The notes beneath the pieces are model-generated. The model had not been told where the DNA came from. It worked only from the letters and a program-made list of their open reading frames with translations, and made no database searches. Below, piece after piece: positions 30,609-41,733 of a DNA stretch of 64,000 nucleotides; position 1 is the first letter of the stretch; the number at the start of each line of letters is the position of its first letter. Location of the stretch: NCBI RefSeq assembly GCF_024223415.1, contig NZ_CP100500.1; one strand, given 5' to 3'. Position numbers and translations under genes: made by a program. The DNA comes from Escherichia coli (GTDB taxonomy: Bacteria > Pseudomonadota > Gammaproteobacteria > Enterobacterales > Enterobacteriaceae).

Positions 30609-32102
30609 TCAGACCTTTACCAGCACCTGAGGGCAGTGATGGCGCAAACAGGTCAGAAGCGTGGCGAAAGCCTCTTCCATCTGCGCTTCCGGCAGACTCG
30701 CAAATCCCATCAACAGTCCTCTTTTACGCTGTGCTGTCAGGTAGTAAAGCGACAGCGGACGCACCAGTATATTTTGTGCATTGGCGCTGGCCGCAACCGC
30801 AACATCATCAACATCGTCCGGTAAATTTAATATCAGATGCAGCCCGGCATTATCGCTGAAATCTGACAGTGCCTGTGTTCCACAGTGACGTTCAATCAGT
30901 TCACCAAGAAAGGCGCGACGGCGACTGTACAGTAACCGCATACGGCGAATATGAGCAGAATAATGCCCTCCGTTGATAAACTCAGCCAGTGCCATCTGGA
31001 TCAGTGTATGCCCGCCACGATAAAGCTCAGCATGGGCACGTTTTAAAGCCTCTTTCAGCGGGCGCGGTAATACCAGATAACCCAGCCTCAGTCCGGGATA
31101 CACTGTCTTGCTGAAAGTACCAATATACACCACTGGTGCATCGTCAATAAGCCCCTGTAGTGCCGGAACTGGTTGACCGGAAAAGCGAAATTCACTGTCA
31201 TAATCATCTTCCACAATCCAGCTTCCATGCTGTCTGGCAAGGGCCAGCAAGCGTTGCCGTCGCTCAAGACTCATCACCACGCCCAGAGGGTATTGATGGG
31301 ATGGCGTGACGAAAATCAGCCTGGGAGGTGGCATCAGGCGTTCGGGAGGTACCAGACCACTGGCATCAACGGCAACAGGGGTGATCTGCACAGCATTCAT
31401 TGCCAGTACATGGCGTATTCCCCAGTAAGACGGCTCTTCCACCCATGCCATATCACCGGCATCTGCCAGCATGCGTGCAACAAGATCGATCGCCTGATGG
31501 ATACCTTCGGTGATAAGTATCTGATCAGCCTGACAGCGTACGCCACGCGCAATCCGTAAATAATCAACCAGTGCATGCTGTAATTCCGGTGTCCCTCCGG
31601 TACAGCTATAGCTCAGCCGCTCCGGCTCAGGACGGCGACTGATACGCGCCTGAATCCTGCTGAACAGGGGGTGGGGAAAGGCACTGACATCCGGGACGCC
31701 GGGAATAAATGCCCCCCACTGGCACGGACTGGCGCTGACATGCCGGAGCAGATAATCCCCGCGGTGAGAAACAGCAGAACTCAGCCTGGCATCTTCACTT
31801 TTTTCCGTGTTACTGAACGCCATTAAGAAGGTATCAGGAGCCGTCTGTGCGACGAATGTTCCGCTTCCACGACGTGATACCACATATCCTTCCGCCTGTA
31901 ATTGTTCATAAGTTGTTAATACTGTGTTTCTTGAGATTCCAAGTTCAACTGCAAGTTCCCTGGAGGCAGGGAGACGGCTGTGCGGCGGTAAAGAGCCATC
32001 GAGAATAGCATAGCGAAGCGCATTATAGAGCCGTTTGTGCAGAAGTTTATCCTGCTCCTGACCCATTCTGAACAGCAGCAGATCGCCTATGAATGCCCTC
32101 AA
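30609..32102 (-). CDS. MocR/GntR-family regulator with PLP-dependent aminotransferase-like domain
   Basis: N-terminal GntR helix-turn-helix (RLPASRELAVELGISRNTVLTTYEQLQAEGY) plus a long aminotransferase-fold domain; start may be the internal Met at 32066. Confidence 0.8.
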   Translation of the reverse strand: MRAFIGDLLLFRMGQEQDKLLHKRLYNALRYAILDGSLPPHSRLPASRELAVELGISRNTVLTTYEQLQAEGYVVSRRGSGTFVAQTAPDTFLMAFSNTEKSEDARLSSAVSHRGDYLLRHVSASPCQWGAFIPGVPDVSAFPHPLFSRIQARISRRPEPERLSYSCTGGTPELQHALVDYLRIARGVRCQADQILITEGIHQAIDLVARMLADAGDMAWVEEPSYWGIRHVLAMNAVQITPVAVDASGLVPPERLMPPPRLIFVTPSHQYPLGVVMSLERRQRLLALARQHGSWIVEDDYDSEFRFSGQPVPALQGLIDDAPVVYIGTFSKTVYPGLRLGYLVLPRPLKEALKRAHAELYRGGHTLIQMALAEFINGGHYSAHIRRMRLLYSRRRAFLGELIERHCGTQALSDFSDNAGLHLILNLPDDVDDVAVAASANAQNILVRPLSLYYLTAQRKRGLLMGFASLPEAQMEEAFATLLTCLRHHCPQVLVKV

Positions 32103-32220
32103 CTGGATCCCTCAGATAATCAAAATTGGTACTCGATTATAGTGCCATCGCCTGCCTAAATAAACAACACAGCGTCTCATTTGTTGCAGTTAAGTGACAT
32201 ATTTAACAGGAGAGTCGGGA

Positions 32221-33486
32221 ATGAAAAATTCTGAACTGAATCATCGTCGCCAGCAGGCGACTCCCCGTGGTGTGGGGGTAATGTGTGACTACTTTGTCGG
32301 GAAAGCGGAGAACGCCACGCTGTGGGATGTGGAAGGCAATGAAGTTATCGACTTTGCCGCCGGTATTGCCGTACTGAACACCGGCCATCGGCATCCAAAA
32401 ATTGTGGCGGCGGTAGAGCAGCAGTTGCAGTCGTTTACCCATACCGCTTATCAGATTGTCCCTTATGAGAGTTACGTTTCGCTTGCAGAACGTATTAATG
32501 CTGTCGCCCCTGTCGATGGACCTGCCAAAACGGCATTTTTTACCACCGGTGCCGAAGCAGTTGAAAATGCGGTGAAAATTGCGCGCGCATACACCGGTCG
32601 TCCGGGGATTATTACTTTTGGCGGTGGGTTCCATGGTCGTACATTCATGACCATGGCACTCACGGGCAAAGTCGCTCCCTACAAAACAGGGTTTGGCCCG
32701 TTCCCGGGCTCAGTTTACCACGCCGTCTATCCTAATGATGCCCATGGCATTTCCGTTGATGATGCTCTCAGGAGTCTTGATCGTATCTTTAAAGCAGATA
32801 TTCCTGCTGATCAGGTCGCCGCGATTGTACTGGAGCCCGTTCAGGGAGAAGGCGGGTTCAATGTCGCTCCGGCCGCTTTTATGCAGGCATTGCGTGAGTT
32901 GTGCGATACACACGGGATCCTGCTGGTTGCCGACGAAGTACAGACCGGTTTTGCCCGTACTGGCAGGCTATTTGCGATGCAGCACTACGCTGTGAAAGCC
33001 GATCTGATAACAATGGCGAAAAGTCTGGCTGGCGGCTTCCCGTTATCGGGGGTTGTGGGGCGTGCCGAAGTCATGGATGCCCCGGCTCCGGGAGGACTGG
33101 GAGGTACTTATGCCGGTAATCCGCTGGCAGTAGCTGCTGCGCATGCGGTGCTGGATATCATTGAAGAAGAACAGCTCTGCCAGCGTGCCGATCAACTTGG
33201 CGAACATCTGAAAGAGGTGCTCAGTCAGGCCCGGGCAGGATGTCCGGCAATTGCGGATGTGCGTGGACTGGGTTCAATGGTGGCAGTGGAGTTTAACAAT
33301 CCGCAAAGCGGTGAGCCGTCGGCGGAATATGCACGACAGGTACAGCACAAAGCCCGGGAAAACGGCCTGCTGCTGTTGAACTGTGGTATCTACGGTAACG
33401 TTATCCGTTTTCTCTACCCTTTAACAATCCCGGATGCTCAGTTCAGCAAAGCGCTGAATATTCTGACCCGAATTCTGCGTACCTGA
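32221..33486 (+). CDS. class III aminotransferase (4-aminobutyrate aminotransferase GabT-like)
   Basis: Start MKNSELNHRRQQATPRGV with AGGAGAG Shine-Dalgarno; strongly GabT-like throughout. Confidence 0.85.
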   Translation: MKNSELNHRRQQATPRGVGVMCDYFVGKAENATLWDVEGNEVIDFAAGIAVLNTGHRHPKIVAAVEQQLQSFTHTAYQIVPYESYVSLAERINAVAPVDGPAKTAFFTTGAEAVENAVKIARAYTGRPGIITFGGGFHGRTFMTMALTGKVAPYKTGFGPFPGSVYHAVYPNDAHGISVDDALRSLDRIFKADIPADQVAAIVLEPVQGEGGFNVAPAAFMQALRELCDTHGILLVADEVQTGFARTGRLFAMQHYAVKADLITMAKSLAGGFPLSGVVGRAEVMDAPAPGGLGGTYAGNPLAVAAAHAVLDIIEEEQLCQRADQLGEHLKEVLSQARAGCPAIADVRGLGSMVAVEFNNPQSGEPSAEYARQVQHKARENGLLLLNCGIYGNVIRFLYPLTIPDAQFSKALNILTRILRT

Positions 33487-33620
33487 TATGCACGGAAAAT
33501 TGCCACAACGGCAGGGAAGCCTTTCTTTCCCACGTGTCGTTTGTGCCAGGCGTGAGTGATTTATTCCTGATATCACCTTTTTCCGGCGGCAATAGTCGCC
33601 GGTGTAATACGGAATCTGTT

Positions 33621-34865
33621 ATGTCTGAAAATGCCACCTTTTCCCCTGAACAGTCATGCCGCAAACATACCGCTGCGCCGGCGAAATCCCTGAGTTTCGT
33701 TGAAGGTGTGTCGATGATTGTCGGCACGAACATTGGCGCAGGTGTACTGTCTGTGGCCTACGCCTCCGGTAAAGCCGGTTTTCTGCCGCTGTTATTCTGG
33801 CTCGTGCTGGTCGGGAGCCTGACCACCATAACCATGCTGTATGTGGCTGAATCGACTTTACGTACCCGTAAACATTTGCAGTTAAGCGGATTGTCACATC
33901 GTTATGTCGGACGCTGTGGCGCGCTGATAATGTTCCTTTCCGTCTGTGTGAACAGCGTTGGCGCTCTGATTGCATATATGAGCGGAAGCGGTAAGCTGCT
34001 GCACTCACTGCTGGGCATTTCTCCAGCTCTGGGTAGCATGTTATTTTTCATTCCCGCCGCAGGAGTGCTTTATCTCGGCCTGAAAGCGATAGGTCGCGGG
34101 GAAAAATTTATAAGTATCGGTATGGTGGTGATGCTCACTATCCTTATCGTCGCCACAATGCTGAAAGACACAACACAAATGCGTTACCTGCTGGATGGCA
34201 ACTGGCTGTATATGGTGCCGGTCTTTAACGTTGTGGCATTTTGTTTCTCGGCACAATATATTGTTCCGGAAATGGCGCGCGGTTTTTCTGATAAACCAGA
34301 AAAATTGCCGAAGGCAATTATGGTCGGGATGGGAATTACCTTCATTCTGCTGGCTCTGGTGCCTATGTCTGTCATAGCACTCAACGGGCTGGACAATATT
34401 TCTGATGTGGCGACCATTTCCTGGGGACGTGCGCTGGGTGAGTGGGCCTTTTTCTCTGCGAATCTGTTTGCTCTTTGCGCGATGCTGACTTCTTACTGGG
34501 GACTTGGTGGCAGTTTTCTGACCAATATCGTTGACCAGTTCAGTCCGGGCGATGACAGCCAGCCTCTAAGACGCTTTCTGTTACTGCTGATCGTTGTCAT
34601 ACCACCGTTTATTCTTGCTTATAGCGGCATGGTATCGTTTGTAAATGCGCTTTATTTTGCGGGGGTCTTCAGTGGCGTGGTCCTGTCTGTTATGCCCATT
34701 CTGATACTGAAAGGGGCGCGCCAGCACGGTGACCTGACACCTGGCTGGACGTGTCCTGCACTCATTATTCATCCGCTACTCCAGAGCTTTATTGTGTTGT
34801 TATATCTCTGTAGCGCTGCGTATGCAATTGCTTCTGCGCTGGGCCATCTCCCGGCAGGCTGGTAA
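33621..34865 (+). CDS. amino-acid permease (HAAAP-type)
   Basis: About 11 predicted transmembrane helices; start placed at MSENATFSPEQ; family assignment moderate. Confidence 0.65.
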   Translation: MSENATFSPEQSCRKHTAAPAKSLSFVEGVSMIVGTNIGAGVLSVAYASGKAGFLPLLFWLVLVGSLTTITMLYVAESTLRTRKHLQLSGLSHRYVGRCGALIMFLSVCVNSVGALIAYMSGSGKLLHSLLGISPALGSMLFFIPAAGVLYLGLKAIGRGEKFISIGMVVMLTILIVATMLKDTTQMRYLLDGNWLYMVPVFNVVAFCFSAQYIVPEMARGFSDKPEKLPKAIMVGMGITFILLALVPMSVIALNGLDNISDVATISWGRALGEWAFFSANLFALCAMLTSYWGLGGSFLTNIVDQFSPGDDSQPLRRFLLLLIVVIPPFILAYSGMVSFVNALYFAGVFSGVVLSVMPILILKGARQHGDLTPGWTCPALIIHPLLQSFIVLLYLCSAAYAIASALGHLPAGW

Positions 34866-35175
34866 ACATAAAGGAAAAGTATTATCGACCTCCTGTATAT
34901 TAAAATTGAGTTAGCATAGTGACGAACAGATTTGGCAGGGCATATGTAGCCTGCTCCCCTCCGGGGTTTAAAGCTCTTTTTGTAAGCAACGGGCGCATGT
35001 GCTGACCCACTCATTTGACATCATGACGGTTTATCTGTACGTCACCATAACGCATTTTATAAGAATGTTTTTTGTCCCATAACAGGTGTCCACTGGTTAA
35101 AAAGGTGGGCACCTGTCGTTACCAGTACTGGCTTAATTGCTACATACGGCTGTCGGTTTACGCTTACTTTCAACT

Positions 35176-35251
35176 TGTGGGTAAGGGGATGGAGTGCGAA
35201 TAAATGATCGAGCTTCGTGCGAATCACTGATCGAATACATCGGAATGCGCA
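35176..35251 (+). repeat. interspersed repeat copy A1 (TGTGGGTAAGGGGATG terminus followed by GATC-containing subrepeats)
   Basis: Closely similar to 59539..59591; subunits of form GTGCGAAT-N-GATCG. Confidence 0.6.
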
Positions 35252-35424
35252 CTCTGAAGCAAACTTAAAACATCTCTGCACCATTCCATGCACGCATAAA
35301 AGTCATTCCGGCATTTCATTTTACATAACATAAACAGAACAATAATAATTACAACAACATTCACACCAGCATTACAGAACACACTCTGTCTGTTGTTATC
35401 ACCAGAAATATCAGGAGTATTTAA

Positions 35425-36591
35425 ATGATTATTTCCTCACCTGCAGATTACAGGGACGCCGCAAAACACAGACTGCCACGCTTTCTTTTTGATTACATAG
35501 ACGGCGGGGCTGTTACTGAAAAAACCATGCATGAAAATATGACCTCTTTATCTTCGGTCAGCCTCCGGCAGCAGGTGCTTTGTGGCGCCGGAGCCCCCGA
35601 ACTGAACACCACCATCCTTGATTCAGAATGGGCCATGCCTGTTGCTCTGGGCCCCGTCGGTGCCACTGGCATGTACGCCCGTCGTGGAGAGGTGCAGGCA
35701 GCCAGAGCGGCCTCAGCAATGAACATCCCTTATACTCTCTCAACCGTCTCCGTCTGCCCGATCGAAGAGGTCGCCGGACACGCTGACGGGCAACTGTGGT
35801 CCCAGTTATACGTCCTTCGGGATCGTGGTTATATGCAAAACGCACTTGAACGCGCCTGGACTGCAGGTATGAAAACCCTGGTATTTACCGTCGACATGCC
35901 TGTGCCGGGCTCCCGGTACAGGGATAACCATTCAGGGATGTCAGGTCCCCACGCCACACTGCGTCAGTATCTTCAGGCCGTTCTTCATCCCCGCTGGGCG
36001 CTGGATGTGGGAATTGCCGGTCGTCCTCTGTCATTTGGTAACATCGAAACGTACACCGGGCATAAAATGTCGATGGATGACTATATGGGCTTTATCAGCA
36101 AAAACTTTGATCCCTCTATTGCATGGAACGATCTCGAATGGATCCGTGATGGCTGGAAAGGTAAACTGATAATAAAAGGGATCCTTGTTCCGGAAGATGC
36201 AAAAAATGCTGTACGGCTTGGCGCGGATGGCATCATTGTCTCCAATCATGGCGGACGTCAGCTTGATGGTGCCATCCCCACGGCCAGGGCATTACCGGCG
36301 ATAGCAGATGCAGTGGGTGATGACATCACGGTACTGGCGGATTCAGGTATTCGTTCCGGTGTGGATGTGGTCCGGATGCTTGCTCTGGGGGCAAAAGGTG
36401 TGCTGCTGGGAAGAGCGTATATTTACGCACTTGCCGCTGCGGGAAAAAAAGGCGTTGAGCACCTGCTCAGACTTTATGCTGAAGATATGAAAGTCACCAT
36501 GACGCTGATCGGCGCTTCTTCTCCCGCTGATATCAGCAGCAGAAATCTTGAATATCTGGAAAAAGAATTCTCCCGACATTCATCATCCTGA
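35425..36591 (+). CDS. FMN-dependent L-lactate dehydrogenase (LldD paralogue)
   Basis: 388 aa [29 protein letters not shown]...; alpha-hydroxy-acid oxidase fold motifs. Confidence 0.88.
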   Translation: MIISSPADYRDAAKHRLPRFLFDYIDGGAVTEKTMHENMTSLSSVSLRQQVLCGAGAPELNTTILDSEWAMPVALGPVGATGMYARRGEVQAARAASAMNIPYTLSTVSVCPIEEVAGHADGQLWSQLYVLRDRGYMQNALERAWTAGMKTLVFTVDMPVPGSRYRDNHSGMSGPHATLRQYLQAVLHPRWALDVGIAGRPLSFGNIETYTGHKMSMDDYMGFISKNFDPSIAWNDLEWIRDGWKGKLIIKGILVPEDAKNAVRLGADGIIVSNHGGRQLDGAIPTARALPAIADAVGDDITVLADSGIRSGVDVVRMLALGAKGVLLGRAYIYALAAAGKKGVEHLLRLYAEDMKVTMTLIGASSPADISSRNLEYLEKEFSRHSSS

Positions 36592-36667
36592 CCAAAGTAA
36601 ACCAGGCACATATCCTCCATGCTCCCGGGACAACAGAGCGCAGTTCGGGCACTACAGCCTTACTGGT

Positions 36668-36958
36668 TTACCAGTATGGTCTGCATTCAGAAGGGACCGA
36701 CAACAACTCAGCCAGCTCCGCCACAAGGCGGTTGGTTTCCAGTAATTTCCGCAGTCTCACCGAAAAATAGCCTTGTGCCACATCGTGATTTTCACAGGCT
36801 TCCCTGCGCGTCAGCCCCAGAACAAAATAATCCCTCAGCGCCAGGATAACCTTTTTACTGTTAACGGGAGAAAGCGCTGCAAGTATTTCAAAATGTGCAT
36901 CTGACATGCTTCCGGGCGTGTCATATATCCCGGCAACACGACTGTGATATATCCCCAC
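36668..36958 (-). CDS. PapB/FocB-family fimbrial-type transcriptional regulator (orphan)
   Basis: 96-aa ORF with PGSMSDAHFEILAALSPVNSKKVILALRDYFVLGLTRREACENHDVAQGYFSVRLRKL, resembling PapB. Confidence 0.55.
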   Translation of the reverse strand: MGIYHSRVAGIYDTPGSMSDAHFEILAALSPVNSKKVILALRDYFVLGLTRREACENHDVAQGYFSVRLRKLLETNRLVAELAELLSVPSECRPYW

Positions 36959-37839
36959 GGATACCCCCTGATTACCGCCTGCCCTTATTCCCCGGGAGAC
37001 TGAGAACAGGCTGAGATATAAGTATATTTATATAATATTATATTTCGGATTATTCGCAGAATACTGAAAAAACCGGTCGGGTCAACCGCAGGAAAACAGA
37101 AAGAGCCTGTAATAACGCATAGAAACGATATTTAAAACCAGAACAACCATCAAAAACAGAACATAAAGTCACAAAAACCGTCAAAAACGACCAGGTACTG
37201 CATTTTTAACACCTTTTTTAAATTTTGGTATCTTTACAAAAAACACCACCTGAAAATCATTTATTTAATTAAATAAAGTAAATTGCTTAGCCTGATAAAT
37301 ATTGTTCTGCAACACTCCGGTTCAGGCAGAATGTATTTTCATGGCTTACCCATTCAGGCGTAAATGCGATATTCCGCACATGACAGAGACCACACAAAGA
37401 AAAACAGGCGCAGACAGCCGGATACAGGATAAATTAACACTTCACAATCCGGCATTATTACGCTACAACATTCACGGGCAACTGCCCTTGTAACGAAAAC
37501 TTCCTTAATTTGGGTATTTGTGTGCCGTACGTCTGTGGTGTACGGCTTTTTTTCATTTTTTTATAATTTCTATAAATAAAGATATAATCAATACGTATAT
37601 ACCGTCGTATAAGATCCTTCTTCACCTTTCATTAAAAAGATCCGGAACAAAACAGACGATGAGATTGTGGTACTACCAGATTTACACCCTTACTCCGGAT
37701 AATTCACAAATCCTGAAATTACGACCTTCCTCCCGTTGCCGGACTGAAACAATATGCAGACACTCTGACGGACATGTCAGCAATGCACTCGCTCTCTGCT
37801 GTACAGGTATTACACCATACTTCACCAGGAGGTCTGTTC

Positions 37840-39483
37840 ATGGATATCTGGTCACAGGACTATGATCCCGTCGGAAATATCTGGCTGTCCAGCCTGACAG
37901 CATCGCTTCCCATTCTGTTTTTTTTCTTTGCCCTGATTAAGCTGAAGCTTAAAGGCCATGTTGCTGCCACATGGACTGTCATTATCGCGCTCATCGTGGC
38001 CCTTCTTTTTTATAAGATGCCTCTCACAGCCGCACTCGCTTCCGTGCTCTATGGTTTCTTCTATGGCCTGTGGCCCATTGCCTGGATAATTATTGCCGCA
38101 GTTTTTGTTTATAAAATTTCTGTAAAAACCGGACAGTTCGATATCATTCGCGCTTCAGTGCTGTCCGTTACGCCTGATCAGCGTATTCAGATGCTGATTG
38201 TGGGGTTTGCCTTTGGTGCCTTTCTCGAAGGGGCCGCCGGTTTTGGAGCACCTGTGGCCATAACAGCAGCACTGCTCGTGGTGCTTGGGTTCAGACCACT
38301 TTACGCGGCCGGGTTGTGTCTGATCGTCAATACAGCTCCCGTGGCCTTTGGTGCGATGGGGATCCCCATTCTCGTCGCAGGCCAGGTTACCGGGCTGGAC
38401 AGCTTTGAAATCGGTCAGATGGTTGGTCGTCAGTTACCCTTCCTGACCATTATTGTGTTGTTCTGGATCATGGCAATTATGGATGGCCTGCGTGGCATTA
38501 AGGAAACCTGGCCCGCCGTTCTGGTTGCCGGAGGTTCCTTCGCCATAGCCCAGTTTCTCAGTTCCAACTTTCTGGGCCCGGAGCTCCCGGACATCATATC
38601 ATCACTGGTGTCGCTGGTTTGTCTGACGCTTTTCCTGAAACGCTGGCAGCCTGTACATATTTTTCGCTTTGACAACACCCCGTACCAGAATACGGACTCA
38701 TCACCACTGAGCCGTTCACAGGTGATACGGGCATGGTCGCCATTTCTGTTTCTGACTGCCACGGTGACACTCTGGAGTCTTCCTCCCTTTAAAACACTGT
38801 TCGCACCGGGCGGTACACTGCATGACCTGGTGATTACTGTTCCTGTGCCGTATCTTGATAAACTCATTGCACGTATGCCTCCGGTAGTCAGCGAAGCCAC
38901 TGCTTATGCCGCGGTGTTTAAGTTTGACTGGTTCTCTGCCACCGGTACCGCCATCCTGTTTGCAGCATTGCTCTCTGTGATCTGGCTGAAGATGAAACCG
39001 TCAGATGCTGTCAGCACCTTTGGCAGTACACTGAAAGAACTTGCCCTGCCCGTCTATTCCATCGGCATGGTGCTGGCTTTCGCCTTTATCTCTAATTATT
39101 CGGGGCTTTCATCCACACTTGCCCTGGCTCTGGCACAGACAGGCAGCGCCTTTACGTTCTTCTCACCGTTTCTGGGCTGGCTGGGCGTATTTCTGACGGG
39201 ATCAGATACCTCATCCAATGCATTATTTGCATCACTCCAGGCAACGGCAGCTCATCAGATCGGGGTCTCCGATATTCTGATGGTTGCCGCCAACACCACA
39301 GGGGGAGTAACCGGCAAAATGATTTCTCCACAGTCCATTGCCATCGCCTGCGCAGCAACCGGACTTGTTGGCAAAGAATCAGAACTCTTTCGTTTTACTG
39401 TTAAACACAGCCTGATCTTCACCTGTATTGTGGGAGTCATCACCTCTCTCCAGGCATGGGTATTCACCTGGATGATCCCATGA
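37840..39483 (+). CDS. L-lactate permease (LldP/GlcA family paralogue)
   Basis: Start [39 protein letters not shown]...; LldP-like over full length; track ORF begins 66 nt upstream. Confidence 0.9.
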   Translation: MDIWSQDYDPVGNIWLSSLTASLPILFFFFALIKLKLKGHVAATWTVIIALIVALLFYKMPLTAALASVLYGFFYGLWPIAWIIIAAVFVYKISVKTGQFDIIRASVLSVTPDQRIQMLIVGFAFGAFLEGAAGFGAPVAITAALLVVLGFRPLYAAGLCLIVNTAPVAFGAMGIPILVAGQVTGLDSFEIGQMVGRQLPFLTIIVLFWIMAIMDGLRGIKETWPAVLVAGGSFAIAQFLSSNFLGPELPDIISSLVSLVCLTLFLKRWQPVHIFRFDNTPYQNTDSSPLSRSQVIRAWSPFLFLTATVTLWSLPPFKTLFAPGGTLHDLVITVPVPYLDKLIARMPPVVSEATAYAAVFKFDWFSATGTAILFAALLSVIWLKMKPSDAVSTFGSTLKELALPVYSIGMVLAFAFISNYSGLSSTLALALAQTGSAFTFFSPFLGWLGVFLTGSDTSSNALFASLQATAAHQIGVSDILMVAANTTGGVTGKMISPQSIAIACAATGLVGKESELFRFTVKHSLIFTCIVGVITSLQAWVFTWMIP

Positions 39484-39658
39484 AATATTTGTTGTGCCGG
39501 ATCTTTTCCGGCATGATGATGTGTGTTACAGCCTCTGGCTTATAACACTCTGCAGTAGTGCTGGCTGACGTGACTGCCGGATATTCTGGTTTTCTTAAGT
39601 CACGGATATACTGACGACAGGGTTTCACATTCAATATTCAACTGACAGGTATGTTTAT

Positions 39659-40951
39659 ATGGCACACCGCTACCTGACACGACAGGATCACAGGACCTTA
39701 TCTCTGGCTGCGCTCGGAGGCGCACTTGAATTCTATGACTTCATCATTTTTGTTTTTTTCGCCGCCGTCATTGCTGAGCTCTTTTTCCCGCCGGATATAC
39801 CGGAATGGCTCCGTCAGCTCCAGGCATTTGGTATATTTGCTGCCGGGTACCTGGCACGACCTCTCGGCGGAATAATTCTGGCCCATTTTGGCGATATACT
39901 TGGGCGAAAGAAAATGTTCACCCTGAGTATTTTGCTTATGGCAGTACCGACACTTGTTATCGGTATTTTGCCAACCTACAGCTCTGTGGGTACCCTGGCT
40001 CCTGTGCTGCTTCTTCTGATGCGTCTGCTTCAGGGCGCAGCGATTGGCGGTGAAGTGCCCGGTGCCTGGGTTTTTGTTGCTGAGCATGTACCGGAGCGCC
40101 GAACCGGTATTGCATGCGGAACACTGACAGCAGGTTTAACCGCCGGGATCCTGCTTGGTTCAGTGGTTGCCACACTTGTCAATTCAGTATTGTCTCAGGA
40201 TATTGTTTACGATTACGGCTGGCGATTCCCCTTCCTTCTTGGTGGTGTTTTTGGCCTGGCAGCAATGTACCTGCGCCGCTGGCTGGAGGAAACTCCGGTA
40301 TTTCTGGAAATGAAAGCCAGAAAAAAACTGGCTCAGGAATTACCGGTAAAAGCTGTCGTTTTAAGACATAAAAAAGCTGTTGTGATTTCCATGCTGTTGA
40401 CATGGCTGATATCCGCAGGGATTATTGTGGTGATACTGATGGCACCGGTCTGGTTACAGAAACAGTATGACTTTTCGCCGACAGTCACCTTACAGGCTAA
40501 CAGCATTGCAACTATTATGCTGAGTCTGGGATGCCTGCTGGCCGGTATGGCCATTGATTCTTTTGGTGCCGGAAAAACCTTTATATCAGGCAGTATTCTG
40601 CTTGGATGTTCAGGATGGCTGTTCTATCACACTGTCGGTGAGTATCCTGAAATGTTGTTCTGGCTGTATGGGCTAGCGGGATTCAGTGTGGGCATTGTCG
40701 GGGCCGTCCCTTATGTTCTCGTGCGTATTTTCCCCGCAGAGGTCAGGTTTACCGGCATTTCATTCTCTTACAATGTCGCTTATGCAGTGGTGGGGGGACT
40801 GACTCCTGTTGTGGTCACGATGTTAACGGAAATCTCCCCGATGGCTCCAGCATGGTATGTTATGCTGTTATCACTTGTGGGATCAGGACTGGGAATATGG
40901 TTCTGCAGGGATCCCCGTCTTTTTATCTGTCACGCAGACAAAGACAAATAA
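39659..40951 (+). CDS. MFS transporter (metabolite:H+ symporter family)
   Basis: 430 aa, 12 predicted helices, MFS motif GDILGRKK. Confidence 0.8.
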   Translation: MAHRYLTRQDHRTLSLAALGGALEFYDFIIFVFFAAVIAELFFPPDIPEWLRQLQAFGIFAAGYLARPLGGIILAHFGDILGRKKMFTLSILLMAVPTLVIGILPTYSSVGTLAPVLLLLMRLLQGAAIGGEVPGAWVFVAEHVPERRTGIACGTLTAGLTAGILLGSVVATLVNSVLSQDIVYDYGWRFPFLLGGVFGLAAMYLRRWLEETPVFLEMKARKKLAQELPVKAVVLRHKKAVVISMLLTWLISAGIIVVILMAPVWLQKQYDFSPTVTLQANSIATIMLSLGCLLAGMAIDSFGAGKTFISGSILLGCSGWLFYHTVGEYPEMLFWLYGLAGFSVGIVGAVPYVLVRIFPAEVRFTGISFSYNVAYAVVGGLTPVVVTMLTEISPMAPAWYVMLLSLVGSGLGIWFCRDPRLFICHADKDK

Positions 40952-41260
40952 TGTTTCACCGTTATATAACGGTATCATTCAGTTTTTAAAAATGGCGACA
41001 GGTTAACCTGTCGCCATCCGGTCAGATGCTCACCAGACCGCGCCCCCCATCAGTCTCCATATCCTCCCCCTTGCCCTGCCGGATGATAGCGCCACGCGAC
41101 ATCACCAGGTAGTGGTCCGCCGTAATGTTCCGGTGAAATCGTCCTGACACGTTTCCGGGCTCGTTATCAGCGGTTTTTGCGAATGATCGCCGCCCTGCGA
41201 TGGTTGATTTATTTTATTGCGCCCCGGCGTCTGCCTTGCCAGGTACCGGAGGCGGGCTCT

Positions 41261-41360
41261 GAAGTACTGAGTAGGGTGAGCGCGTCAGGCCACGAAGTAC
41301 TGACACGGGAGTTTGTGGCAGGCAGTGAAGTCCTGACCAGGGTAAGGGAGGGGCTGACGT
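41261..41360. repeat. three degenerate 33-bp tandem direct repeats beginning GAAGT(A/C)CTGA
   Basis: Units start at 41261, 41294 and 41327. Confidence 0.6.
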
Positions 41361-41580
41361 GCATGCCCTGACTGTCAGCCAGGGCGCGTGGTGACTGACT
41401 TTCTCAATAACCCGCTGTCAGGCGCTCAACGCCCGACAGCAGGCCATGGCCCGGTGTGCAAAGACCTGACGGCAGGCCTTGTGTCACCCGGATAAGGTAA
41501 ATCCCTCAAGAGGCAGCAACTCAGCCAGTCGGTCCTCAGGCCACTCCGGCAGGCGCGTCAGTACGTCCGTCAGCCAGGCA

Positions 41581-41692
41581 TGTTGCAAAATCGCATCGTG
41601 TTCGATCGCCGATTCGCATCGTACTCGATCGCTGATTCGCATTGTCCGATCATTGATTCGCATCCTGCAGTCACTCCTGGAATTAACTTTTC
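41581..41692 (+). repeat. repeat copy B1: putative IS21-family left terminal region with three GATC-containing about 21-bp subrepeats
   Basis: Starts TGTTGCAAAATCGCATCG; subunits GATTCGCATCG-N-GATCGC; lies about 150 bp upstream of istA. Confidence 0.5.
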
Positions 41693-41733
41693 TGCATAGT
41701 CTCTACTGCTGAATTTTCTTCTCAGTAGAGGTC

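Noticed and set aside
41177-41371. 64-aa ORF with repeated SEVLxR peptides
   Set aside because: The peptide repeats mirror the 33-bp DNA tandem repeats; more likely a non-coding repeat array than a gene
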